Shown here in pieces: positions 13,739 through 26,644 of a stretch of 64,000 nt of DNA; position 1 is the stretch's first letter; each line of letters opens with the position of its first letter. Source of the DNA: Yuukianura sp. NJ FZ-2021 (lineage: Eukaryota); the NCBI GenBank assembly GCA_046563655.1, contig CM102285.1, positions 10,850,001-10,914,000 on the forward strand, written 5' to 3'. Both the position numbers and the translations under genes were made by a program. A model generated the notes under the pieces. That model had not been told where the DNA came from. It worked only from the letters and a program-made list of their open reading frames with translations, and did no database searches.

Positions 13739-16700
13739 CTTGAAATGCTCGCTTTCTCTTCGCAGCTTACGCTACTGTGTCTGTCAACCTAATTTAGGTG
13801 AAACGTTGAAACAACTCGCGGCAAAGTGTCTGATGTGACACAAGACGAGACTTATTTTGTCCTAATGATTCCGCCTTTGCGTCTCAAGGGACTCAAAGGG
13901 ACTGGACTTTGAGTTTCTTCAGATGACACAAGGCCTGACTTGGTTGGAAAGAAACTGTCAAGTTCTTTGGAGCCAAGTTGACAACAGAAAAATACAAGAT
14001 GACAGGAGACAAAGAGCTTTTGATTTAAAATTTGAAATTTTGAAAACAAAATCAAAGTTTTGGTAAGATTGTAGTACGTAGAGAGCAGAGTTAGATCTGC
14101 TGTGGCCAGAGACAAAGAGTGGAGTAGTGGGGAAGGTTGTGTGGATTTGGAGTTTTGTACTTTCTCTGCTTTCCCTTTTATGCCTTGCGTTCTCCCTTAC
14201 CCTTATGGTTCAGCTTACACCAAAGCTAAAAGTTAGGTTAGGGAATGGGGTAGGACGCTTTTTTTGTAAAACAAAAGCAGAAACTGCGACTTTTGGTCAT
14301 GCCTAAGCCCTCATCGACTCTCAAGCATCTTTGATTTGACGTGGCTAAATGTGACCTTTGCTTAATCAAGACCTAAGTGCATTAAACGCAAACTTTTAGC
14401 CAAATCGAAAACTGCAGAGAATTCAAACCAATTTCTTATATAGTCGTCAAATTCGCAATTTCAATATTATTTGATGAACTAAATGCTACTGCTAAAATTC
14501 TGTAAATCTGTAAATCTCTGTAAATTCTATGAATCTGAAACTGAAGTGAAGTTTTAAAAGTTTGAAACTTTTTGTTCACAACGAGGTCAACAGTCCAACT
14601 CACGTTTCATACTATGACGTACGATATTTAAAACGCTTACGCAGCGCCTTCTAGTCTTTCCGTAGCTTCGGTTTTTCAAAAGCGTCAGGAATAGAAAAGA
14701 CGCAAACAATTAAGTCTAGAATTTCACTTGCAGTTGCGTCGTTGCGTTGTTACTCAACTCAACTTAATATTGCGCGTGCCCTAAGTGGAGTTTATATGCT
14801 GACCCAGTATTTTAATTGCCTATAACGAATTCGAAACGCTGAGTCTCCTAGAACTGGCTCCATTAAAAATTTAGACAGAGTTTAGAAAGTGAAATGTTAG
14901 ACCAAGATCCGGCTCTTGTGAAGGAGGATCTCGAATTAGCTTTCTCTCTTATCAAAAACTCTGCTTATAATGTCTAAATCTCTTTTAAAAATACAACTCA
15001 CGTCAGTCATGTTCAGAAAATGATTCTAGGACAATTCTAGGTTATTTTTGGAACTAATGAATATTACTGCTGAAGAGAATTCAATGTAAAGTTGGTTGAT
15101 AGTAACAATAAATTATTCTTGCGAATTTCGAAATCTAGTTTGTCAACCGACTCATGCTTCGTCTTACTCCTAACCTATGTACCTGTAGCGGAATCAACCC
15201 GGAGAAGCAAAAATACAGGCACATCAAATTCAAAGGAATAGTAATCATTGCAAAAGTTGCAAACGGAGAGGACCGCAAAAGCACAACATAACCTATTAAT
15301 CATAGCTTGAACCAACACTTAAAGCATTTCAATGCTAAATATCGCGCTTTAGCTTTTTAAACATGCTGAATTTGAAACCGCAAAGTCTCAAAATTGAGAA
15401 CCTTGAAAGCATTTTGTTAAACTACATATCTATATATAGTAGGTCATACGAAATCTGGTAGGCATTTTCTTTTTCCAAATTAGATTTCCTTTGTTCCTCG
15501 CATCCTCAACTTTTCCTCGACTCTCGAGACAACATCCAACTAACAGGCACGTTTTTCCTAACTCACTTATAGCCACACAAAGTCTTAATTTTATTAGCCA
15601 TTACTTACAAAGAACACAGATTTTAAGACGCAATACTTGACCTTGCTCCTACCTTAAGTCACATAACTTTCAACCTTTAGCAGATTACGTAAAGTGAAAG
15701 TAGAAAAGGAAAGTGAGGAGCCGGATCTTCCTGTGCCGCCGGAGCAGAATAACGTGAAGCATAAACAATTTCTCAAAGCCTAATAAATTCTAAAGTGTTT
15801 ATCAAAAAAATATAAAATACTGCGTAAAATATCTCAGAAGGGGAGATGAGTGCAGAAGCGATGACGTTTCAAAATTATGTTTTAGCATCAACAATCGCTT
15901 TGGCAATGACGAACAGCTTGAAAGGTTTCCACCGAACCTGAAGAATCGCCATACGTCTTCCTATCTCAAAACAAATAAATTTCTTCAGCCTCTTTGTTTC
16001 CGGACGCAGATGCTGAATTTCGACTAAACCGGAAAAAACGACACGTTTAGCTCCGAGCTCTCTTACTACACAAATATTTTCGTTTCCAGGAACCGTATCC
16101 AGGCAGCGCAGTATTAACTAAAGTAGGATTAAGGCATGCCAAAATGGAAAGTGCAAGGAAGTTCCATCCACTAAATACAGCTAAAAGGGATCTGGAAGAA
16201 AGTGACATGGACTGTTACAAAGTGTCAGGCACGAGGTGCCATTTTAAGTCTTCGTTCCTCTTAAATCAAAAACATGTCAAAATCCATAGAAAATAATCAA
16301 CAAGCCCCACTTTCTCTCTGAATATCAATCACCCATCACCCCAACCACAACCATATTTTATTATTTTGAGTCTGTTAAGACCCCGTCCCGACGACTTTAG
16401 TCCACAAACCAGAGTTCCAAAATGTTGGAAATGATTAATGGCTTTACGGAATTTGAAATGCGTGACGGACTATGCCTAGTATGTACCATTGAAGAAGTTA
16501 CAGAAGCTGTCTCAGACTTTCACTTCCACTTCATTGTTCTCCGTTCCCCACGTCTTGGTGCAAAACGAAAACCAAGAAAGCGGAGTTTGTGAGTGTAGTA
16601 ACAAGGAAAAATGTCTTTGAAAGAGACTTGGAAGAACAACGTTTTTAGACTTTCTTCTACTAAAACCAACCAAGGAAACCTAAAACCAGCGAAACGGACT

Positions 16701-16756
16701 TCCTCCATTTAAGGAAGATAGATAAATACTCTTAGAATCGAGTTATTAAGCCTAAG

Positions 16757-17446
16757 AACCCACTGTCACCGTACAGCAGCGGAAAAAACGTCCACTTACC
16801 ATGTCGCCTGGTCGTAACGTACATGCGCGTAAAGTTTAATACGTTTCGGTTTAAAGTTTCACAAAGGCTCGTATATACGAGTACGATTTAACAATAATTG
16901 CTTAACTGTCCTTAAACATTGAATGGCCCAACTTTTCCAGAACTTTTGAAACTAAAATTGAAATTTTACTAATTTGCAAAATTTTGAATTACAGTAACAG
17001 TACGCCATCATCTTTATCCGGTAAGTTACGTATTACTTATGCGAGCTGAAAACCATATTAGACTTTAACAGAAAGCTACAATCGATGCTCCAGAAAAATT
17101 TCTGAGAAAAAATAAACCGGTTGTAAACCGCGCATACTGATAATAGCTCAGGAATGAGGGGCTTCCCCCCAAGGGGGTGTTCCCCCCACTTTCCCGCCCC
17201 CTGGGGATGTCCCCCCACTTGTTTGCCCCCCCGGGGGTCACTGAAGTGTTTTCCCACACTCCCGCCCGCCCCCGAGGGTGTGCGGGTGTATTCCCCCCAC
17301 TTTCTCGCCCCCCTCCGTTGTTGAGATCGGGGTGTGTTCATTTTTTGTTCCGCACCCCAAAATGTGACGGTGGGTCAAGGGGGTGACGGTGGGTTACCCG
17401 GTGCTGTGGGTTGGGTTCCTACTAGCTTCCCAGCTAGTAGGACGTT
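16757..17446 (-). mobile_element. Non-autonomous Helentron-associated (HINE/DINE-1-like) element
   Basis: 5' stem-loop TCCTACTAGCT-TCCC-AGCTAGTAGGA (17417-17442). Short subterminal inverted repeat AACGTCC (16787-16793) / GGACGTT (17440-17446). Imperfect GC hairpin at 16759-16782 just outside that repeat. AA/TT flanks. Internal GC-rich C-run repeats (CCCCCCACTT x3) contrast with the AT-rich host. Family assignment is from architecture only. Confidence 0.6.
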
Positions 17447-17524
17447 AATATCCTTGAAAAAGAGACGAGGTGGGATCTGGATGAAGATGAAGCAACAACA
17501 TTAAGAATGGATGGAAGAAATGTC

Positions 17525-18206
17525 ACTTGACACAGTGCATGAGTGTGTGTATGTCAACTGCGTCAATAGATTTTTTGCTGACACGTGACAGCTGAGGCGT
17601 GACAGATGACAGGTGACAGGTGACACCGGCGGCACGTGACAGGTGACACCCGGCATGTGAGTGACAGGTGACACCCGGCAAGTGACAGGTGACAGGTGAC
17701 ACCCGGCAAGTGACAGCTGACACCCGGTGAACACAGTGCATGAGTGTGTATAAAGTGTATATGTCAACTGCGTAATAGATTTTTTGCTAAGCAGAGAACC
17801 AAGTCCCATGCCAATTGCCTTTCCAGTCTCACAAGCAGAGTTTTTGTTACACACACTTGCATTACAAATGACCTTTGAAATCGATTTTGACCCGGAAGCA
17901 GGTGACCTAGGGTCACACATTACACACAAAAGTTGTTCCCCTCGATGAGATGAACAACTTTTGTAGAGGTCAATTTCCCCATTACCGGGGATGAAACCGG
18001 TTGACCTTGACCTTTGACCCGGAAGGAGTTGACACCCGGGGGTCATATTCAATAGTGACCAAGCCCGGGTCATGACATGGTCACCGGTGAAAACCGGAAT
18101 CAAATCGGACCAGTAGTTTCTGAGATAATTAATCCGGACAGACAGACAGACAGACAGACAGACGGACAGACAAACCTCTTTTATCATAATAGCTTCGCTA
18201 TTATAA
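17525..18206 (-). mobile_element. Second HINE/DINE-1-like element (probably 3'-truncated) with internal satellite
   Basis: 5' hairpin ATAATAGC-TTC-GCTATTAT (18186-18204) next to TT. (GACA)n/(TGTC)n microsatellite at 18137-18172, followed on the minus strand by TATCTCAGAAACTACTGGTCCGATT. Internal GTGACAG / GTGACACCCGGC tandem repeats at 17586-17728, bracketed by a ~50-bp direct repeat (17530-17579, 17731-17788). Confidence 0.7.
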
Positions 18207-21200
18207 TAATGGCAATTGCACCAGTTTCAATTCATGCGCCGCGTGTTTTAGTAAATGACTTTTCCTTTTAGAGAAAGTATGACACCCTGAAAACTATAAC
18301 ATAAGCTAATAAATTATACACAACTTCTAGAACATTTCACTCTGCACAGAAAAGTAGAAAGTGCCTTTTTCTGCACACTTAAACACTCTACTACCACCAC
18401 TCCAAAACTACTAAACCAGAAACTTGAAGCCCTATACTCGCAGAGATTTCGACGTAATAAACTGGCAGGGAATGACAATAAATATCTTTCTGGAGGACAG
18501 TTACGAAACAGCCTCATTAGAAATCCATTCTTTCTCTCCTATTTCTTCCTAGTTATAGTCCTCATTTTATGAAAAAGGCGAAAAAAGTGAAAGTTAGTGT
18601 TTCTCGCACTAGGAGACAAAAGTTTTTTGATGTTCGGAGAAAGATAATCACAGGTAAATCAATAGAACTCGACGTCAAAAAAGACACAAAGTATGGTCAG
18701 TTTCTTGTCAACAAAAAAGTTTTCTAGGCGCGGAGAGCTTGTTGATAGGAAACTTCGACGAAATGGACTACGTGAACTGGGTTACAAATCCCAAGGGCTG
18801 CAGCCCTTATTTCTTATCGAAAACAACCTAACCTTACAAAAAGTAAAAAAAGAAGAAAAAAAAAACTAAACTTCAAGGCCCTCATCCTCATGCTTGCCCA
18901 AAAATTCCAGCTGAGAAGAAGCCCGAACGAAGAGAATGTTTGTTGACTTTTGTTTCATCAAAAAGGAACGTAGTAAAAGAACCAGAAAACGGAGCAAATC
19001 AAAATGTAGTTCAATTTCAATAACATTTTTTGAGTTCTGATTTGATGAGAAAGAAAAAACAACTTTTTAGAAAAAGCTTTTGAACTGATAAGGTCAAGGT
19101 TGCCTTTGAGTTTGCTGTTTCAAAAAATGAATGAACAAATCAAAAACATGTACTCAATTACTAAACTCTGATCAACACATCAACAAACTTGAAATTTCAA
19201 ATTAAATTTCAACTCAACTGTTGACAGCAAGTCTACTTCACATGTTCAACTTTTCAACTTTCTTTTTTGAAAGTGTCACTTTTCAAGACTGTCACTACCA
19301 AATATGACTCAAAATTATTCGTTTTTGGAGTTCTAAAAACAAAAACTCTCCTTTCACGCTCAGAATATACCCAATTTCATTTAATTTTCTTCCTGTAACA
19401 AGATTTTAAACCTTGAACCACTTTTCGTTTTTTTTTTCGGTTTTGCGAGTGTTCAAGGACCTACTTGAGTTTGTAAGTGCGACATAACTATTCAAACTTG
19501 AAAAAAGTTTTTGTTTTCTTCAATTTTTTTTTGCCTTCAAAGGAAAGTTCGAACTTTGTATTTCTACATTAAAAAAAAGCATAACCAGACCAGACACTGT
19601 AACCAGAACCACACTAAAGTCAGTTCGAAAATTGAAACTGAAACACGGCTTCCAAATTGTGATAAGAAAAGTCATTTCTCTCTCGAAACTGTATTAGATT
19701 TTATTATTTCAATTTTCAGTATGAAAAACAACCATCTGAAGCAAACTTCTAAACTCATTGGACATGGTTTCAACTTGTTTCAATTTTTTGAAACCAATCT
19801 TGTGACAAAGCATTATATAAAAACAACAGACATGAGATGAGAATAGGGTGAGATCTTTCCATATTGATTTTTTACCATACCCTTTTCGTGATGCAAAATT
19901 TTCTTTCTAGAAAGATTGTTCAAAATTTTCTTCGTAGAAAGAAAATGTCACTTTGCCAGTTCTCATCTCACTCTTCCAGATTTTCAAAAGTTTTTTTTTT
20001 CAAGTCACGTTTAAAGAAACTTGAACTTGAGCGTGTCATGCTCCTCCAACTTTCGTTTCCTTTTCTATTCAAATTTTTCTAAAGTAAAAACTTTCTCTTT
20101 CTACTTTCTACGAACAGGAAGTGAAGGCTGGGCTATGTGTATAATTTCAAAATAACAAAAGTTTCAAAATGCAAAACTGATTTTCGGAGTAACCTAACAT
20201 TTCATGAATTAAGGGAGAACAGCAAAAAGCTGAGATCGGCAACCTATAGCAGTTACTTTGTGCATTTGACGTGGGTTAGGTCGCATCTTAGCATTTGGAC
20301 TAGAAAAAGGTGGCGTTGTTAGTGCAATTCAATTTGGGGTTTTCAATTTAAAATTCAGATTTGAATCTCAATTCTCTACAATCTAGAAAATCAAGACCTC
20401 AAGCCATCTTGTGAACTTCGTTGTAAATTTCTGGTGAAAACTGCGCAAGTGAAAGTAAAACTTCGACGCTTTCTGCTAGATGGAACCTTCGGGAGAGAAA
20501 GCGAATGGAAAGCTGCCTACTTTCAGCCATAGCTACGCCCCTTACCCAAACATTCAGAGACTCAACAGGCTTCCATTTGTGTTCGTCTCGCAGCAACCTG
20601 TGACCAACCTGTTTGCTTCTCCAGGGAGAAAGCACACAAAGTTCTTATACCAACCTCTTCAGCCCTTCGTTGTAAAGAGCCTCTCAAGAGAACGGAATCT
20701 CCAGAACCAAAAAAGAAGAGCGGAACTTGCTCAAGCCCTAAAACTGTCAAAATCTTGTCTTTTTCTGGACAAGGACATGAACACTCACTCATAAAAGTCA
20801 AATTAACTTTTTTCCTGAAGAGGTTCCATAGACTGAGAAAAACATTACTATTGTGTGCGTCTTCCATTTCAAAGTCAGAAAAACTCACAGAGCACAGACT
20901 TCACTGTTATCCGTGGAGATTTTTAAACCAGCAACACCAAATGTCAGACTAATTTCAGGTTCAAAGAAAATACTGCGTAGAAAGGCACCTCGAAAAACAG
21001 TATGCACAGGGGAACATAACTTTTTCGGTCTCCGTTTCAATGGATAGAGAAAGTTGTTAAACGAATATTCTCAGCTTTCTCTAACATAAGTTAATCATAA
21101 TAATTTTGCTTTAATTTCCATTTTCCGTTTCCATCATTGTTGAATCAGCTTGAAACTTATGAATTTTAGAACAAAATCTTATTAGCATACTTATTTTTAG

Positions 21201-22832
21201 CTCAGACTGCATCCACTTCCACTTTTATAACCAGCCCTGCAGCCTAACATTTGAATCCAGTTATTAGCTTTTTTGGACCGTTCAAAACGTCATCGCAGAA
21301 AGCTAAAGTTTTGGGACAGAAATAGTACTTAAGAAATTGACTTAAGAAATTGACAGCTTTTCATACATTTGACCTTGACATTTACTTTTAGACTATCAAG
21401 CAGCATCAGAGATAACCCTTGATCATATTTCAAGTTGCGCACAATTTCTAAGTCCATGCTTTGGTGAAAGCGGGTATTAAATCTTTGAGCACCCGTGGCA
21501 AAGCAAATTTTATTTTGCAATTCAAACTGTCATTACTAACAGGATTTCAAAAGAAGAAAAAAGATGGACTGATGTTTTCAGACCTGACAGAGAAATTAGC
21601 TAGCAGCTCAATGTCGAGTTTCTAACTGAAATGTGAAATGGGCTGGAATGTAACAACAGGAAATCGCACAAATTCAAGAGCACAAAGGAAGAAAAACCTA
21701 ATAATTCGACTTTGATTTGACGTAGTTCTCGTGTTTGAGCTTTTCTTTCAAAATTGGAAGTTCAAAGAACTCCATTATTCAAACACATTCGACAAACGAC
21801 GGACGGAAAGAACTCGATTAATGTTAAAAAAAAATACTTTCCCTGCCTAAAATCAGAAAGCAAAAACCAAAATTTTAATATTCCGAAAAACTCTGAACTC
21901 CGAACACGTGGATGAAATTCGATCTCGATGAGATTCGATTCCAATTACAAGATAAAACAACGCTTGTGACTCATTTCCTATATCGCGGGAATTAGTAAGT
22001 GCTCATTATCCGAATAAAATTCCAATTCAAATTAACATTAAATTTTCAAAACCATCCATCCAGGAACCTAAACTTTGTGAAACTTAAACTTTTCCGGGAG
22101 AGAAACCATTGAAATTAAATTAAAACTTCGACATAGCAGTATAATCTACTCTACACTGGAAGTTCCTCGAACATTCTCTTTGAAACGATACCTTTAGCAT
22201 AAACTAAAAAAAAAGTTTTGGCACCACCACGCTTTGTTGCTCATTGATCAGCAAAACTGCTAATGCCTTGTTTTCAAAAATTTCCATAGGGTGAAGGTCG
22301 TCTGCCTTTGCTTGAATCGTGGGCGAGCTCAGAAATTGAAAACGTGTTTCATAAAGCAACTGAAATAAAAAAGAGTCTTGTAACAAGCTAAACACAAAAT
22401 TCCCTCCTAAAAGTGCTAATTAATGGGCTGATTAATGGGAACAAAGCACTTCAATGTAGTTGAATCTCTCCTTTCTGCAAACTGAGGCCAGAACAAAAGA
22501 AAGCAAAATTATCTTGCCCAAATCCCCTTTTAGCGAAAAAAAAAAGAAGAACTCAGCCCAGGCTAACTAGAACCCACAGCTTTCTCCTCCCTTTCTCCAT
22601 GCCACTTTGGAACAAAAGTCTTCAGAGAACAAAGAAACAAAAGAAAGCATTCTGTATCTTTTTTGAGCAATTTAAAAGGTAAACTCTTGAATTCTTCACT
22701 CCACATTGTTCTGTAACTTTAAAAGAATCCAAATTAAATTTCTCAAACTTCAAAAAAATTCTGAAAACTTACTGAACACTTGAGAATGAGAAATTCAAAA
22801 ACAAAACCAGAAAACTAGAAATTTCACTTTAC

Positions 22833-23131
22833 CCCAAAGGCAGAATTAGACGATCTTGGTAACTTCTCGACGGACTCAGCGGTGAAATTTCGTCAGACTC
22901 AACTGAAATGCGACTTCGACTTCTCGTATGAAACGAAAATACTTCATCCAAACTTGGTACTTCAAGTCGAAAATCACGACTACTCGTTGAAGCTGAAGCG
23001 GAATGCGGTCGTTCCATTTTGTTCCTTGAACTTTCACCCTGACAAATCCTGTCCTCTTGACCAATATGGTCAATTGTCACCGTCAATTTCGGTCGTGCCT
23101 TCAAGAAGCGCGTAGGTGACACTGTTATCAT
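22833..23131 (-). CDS. Candidate alternative 5' coding exon of the Syt15-like gene
   Basis: Ser/Arg-rich open frame MITVSPTRFLKARPKLTV...DRLILPLG ending at GG|GTAAAG. This is phase 2 and joins exon 10841-11034 in frame. Confidence 0.55.
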
Positions 23132-26100
23132 GGATGACGTCGAAATCGGTTGACCTTTGAAACTTGTTTCGTTTTCCTAAATTGACTTTCACTTAAGGTG
23201 AAAGTGACGTTTCAGCAGAGAGCTTTTGAGACTAAAACGTTAATTATTCTTAAAGTAAAAACTTTAATTTTGAGACTTTAATTTTGATCTCTAAAGGAGT
23301 TGTTCCTCAAAAGAAGCAACAGATTGCCTTTTTGTGGTCCAATTTTTATTATGTGGAGAGACTGTTTAGATGAGCTTTCTTTCCCCGAGCGCTGAATCCG
23401 TCTGTCGATGCTCACTGTTCCGTAACTCTACTTTCTCCAACTTAAACAAACACGAGGAAAGAAAAAGTCTCGAAGAAGGTAGTAGCTAGGAAGATAATGT
23501 AGCCGTTCCTTGCCTGGATCTATACGATTACTACTCCACAAGAACCGTCCAGAATCACAAAAAAAAACTTACTTTTTTCAACCCTCCCTTTCTCCGCCTT
23601 TCCATTTACGCTACTATTCCGTTTTTGTCAATTGAGAATCTTCATGTGGCCCCTTTATTGCGATGAGATTGGATTATTAAAGCCAAATGGAAATGGAGCA
23701 AAGTCCCTGGTTGAGATTCTTAGAGCGACGACACTGATCCGCCGATCTCTCTCAAATGGGAATGTCAATACTACCACCAAATTCTCCAGAGACGCTTCCT
23801 GCCTCCACAAACATATCTCCCTGATCTGAATTTCACACCACCGGTCCCACTTCCCAAGCCACTATGGTAATTAAATACCTCTTGAAACTTATTAGTTCAA
23901 TTCAGACTTTCACTACGACTGTGAAACACATTCTGGACTAAAAACTTTGTACTAGTCTGTTCAGATTAGAGAAAGTTTTGTGATGAGGGCAAAATGCAGA
24001 GGATTTTGTTAAAATTTCTAAAACCGAAAATGCTACATCTCCCATTACTACCTAAACCTAAGCATGCTGCGCTTTTTTCACACACAAGTTCAGTATAATA
24101 CGTTCCAATTCCCACATTAAAGAGCAGGATCGCCATAATAAAAAAATGCCTTTTGAAACTAGTACATTGCAATTTCATTTGCCATAGAAATTGACACTGC
24201 ATTTTTGAATTTCCAAAGTGCAAAGGCCCGTATCATATAGGAGTGTAGAACACTGTTCAGCCTGAAAATGAGGTGAAACAAACGTTCGTTCTTTGTCAAT
24301 TTGTTACAAAATCATCACAACAACATCATTATACCTGGCATAGTTCGAATGAACAAGAGAATCTAAACATTTGGATCAAAACAAGACATTTGAGAACTCT
24401 GAAACACTAACCACCACTACCCTGTGAAATCCCGTTGCTTGAAACCGTGAGTGAATCCAACTTTTCACAAAGTATACTATTACCTCTAGTACTACTACTC
24501 CTTTCCTTTGATTTCTTTAAGACGATGCCGTCAAAACAAAAAGACCAAGAGTATTAAGTTTCAAATTAAGAAATCCACGGCATTGTTTTGTTGCAATTTG
24601 GTTGTTTTCTGTTAGATTAATTCTGGTCACGGTTTTGGGATTGAACTAGAGTAAATACTTTGAAGAGAGGAAAGTGCAGGCATGGCATAGTACTTTCCTT
24701 TGTTTAGCCAGAGAATCCCCTTTGGTAAATTAAAGTTTTAGGTCATCCATTATTTTGAGTGCTTTCGCCAGCCTTGCAGAGAAACTCCTTTGCAGGAAAA
24801 AAAAACTCCTTATCTGAAACTGTTCAAAATCTCAAAATCGTTTCAAACACGTTCAAACGTAAAATTAAAAAAAAAAAACTCTAAAAAAATTCCGAGGTCG
24901 CTGAACCAGTTGAATTCGCCACTTCAAAAAAAATTTTCTTCCAAGGTCATTGGTGTAAAAATAAGTTCTAAAGGGCATTGAACGAAGAATATTCTTTTGC
25001 TAGTCCCCGCCCCCTCGCTCTCAAAAAAAAACTTTCACCAAAAGAAAATCATACCAGGTAGGAGGCGTCGTAATCATAAACTTATTTTTAGTAAAAAAAA
25101 ATGGACTAATAACGACAATTTTTTTTCGAAATGACTTGAAAGATCAGAAAAAGTTTTTCAAAATGGAAAAAATAGAGATAAGAAAGTGTCCTTTCCTTTC
25201 AAAAATTCGCACGAAATTTTTTTAAATTTTCAATAGTTTGAGATAATTGTTGATTTCCACGCTGAAAATAGGGCCGATTTGCGATTTTACACCTTTCCAA
25301 CGAGCAAATTTCAGCTCACTCCACGTTTTCCAAAAGAGTTTTGGATTTGGGGATAAACAAATTCTCACAAAAAACCAAAACCACGAAAAAAAAACTTTCA
25401 CCAAATCTAAAAAAATATGGAAAGAAATGTGGATATTTCTTGGATGCCAATTTTCTGACGGAAAATCTCATTTTTTTATAATCACCTTAAAAGGAGAAAG
25501 TGAATCACAAGGCAAGATTAAAAAAAAGATTTCGGCTTTTGAGGTCCCTTACTTACTTGTTAACACGAAAATGTGAGCAAATGTTCCAAATTAAGCATTC
25601 CTTAATAAGCAATTTGTTAAAAATAACATTGAAGATCCGGCGTTCTCAAGTGTCGGCTCTCTGAATGCCCACAGAACTCCCTTCAGGGGCTCGGTAACAA
25701 GAACACCCTAGTTCTTACAAAAGTGAGGTATTTACGTCCTCACAAAAACAAAATCCATCTTATCTGCTTTAAGGATAATGCAGTGGTAAGGTTAGGAAGC
25801 AGTAAAGTGTTGACAAGAGTAAAGAAAGTTATTAAGTTTTGATGCTCATACACGGAAGAAAGCATGAGAACTTGAGTAAACTAACCCGAAGGAACGGTTT
25901 ATGAGGAAGGTAAGAAGATTTCAATGCTAGTGAGGCAGTGTGCGAACCTTAACAAATTTTAATAAACAGGAACTTGAGAACTTTACTTCAATTTTTTTTA
26001 AGTAAACTTGTTAAATCAGTGTCCCAATTCTTTTCAACCTTCAAACCTGTAAGTCTCATGCATTCAAAATTTTCCTTTCAAATATAAAAAAGAAAACCAA

Positions 26101-26515
26101 AGAAGAGACTCCAAATAATTCAAGAACATGAAACCAACATGTAATCATTTCGCCTTCTTCAGTTCAACTTTCATCTTCACTCGTCACAAAATCAAATCAT
26201 TTTCAAAAGCAAATTATCAACGGTGTGATAAAAATTTTCCATTTTTTGAAATCCATACACAAGGTTATGCAATCAACCACCACGGCGTAACTTAACAAGC
26301 CAGTATTAAATTCCGGTTGGCAAAATGTCGCAAAATCCCGTTTTGTTGCATAATTTGAATTCACTAAACTCAGGAAAATGCACCCCTTCCTCATAAATTG
26401 AAATTGAATTCGGAGAAATCTTTGTGCAACAATGAGTAACCCAATGAATTCATTTCTTTTTTGCTTCTAAGAAGCTTGAACTCCCGCATAAGCTTAATAG
26501 GAAATCGGAGCTTAC

Positions 26516-26644
26516 CTGCGGAAAGTCGTAGGCCTGAGTCCAACAGGTGAGTCCCCCTCATCCATGTCCTTTTGTCTCCAGTTCTGGGACATCTTTATCA
26601 TTCCACCAAATACAGAGAGCATGAGGATACGGAGACGCGAGTTC
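26516..26644 (-). CDS. Candidate alternative/cassette exon of the Syt15-like gene (129 nt, phase 2-2; internal ATG at 26622)
   Basis: Acceptor TTCCAG and donor CGCAG|GTAAGC. Open frame NSRLRILMLSVFGGMIKMSQNWRQKDMDEGDSPVGLRPTTFRR is in frame with exon 10841-11034. Confidence 0.55.

Noticed and set aside
14903..15729. TIR element bounded by AAGATCCGGCTC / GAGCCGGATCTT
   Set aside because: Only a 12-bp inverted match, with no target-site duplication and an interior that looks like host intron.
17501..18187. 228-aa ORF (and overlapping ORFs at 17033-17741)
   Set aside because: These translate microsatellite and minisatellite sequence (CLSVCLSV, PVTCH repeats) within HINE-like elements.
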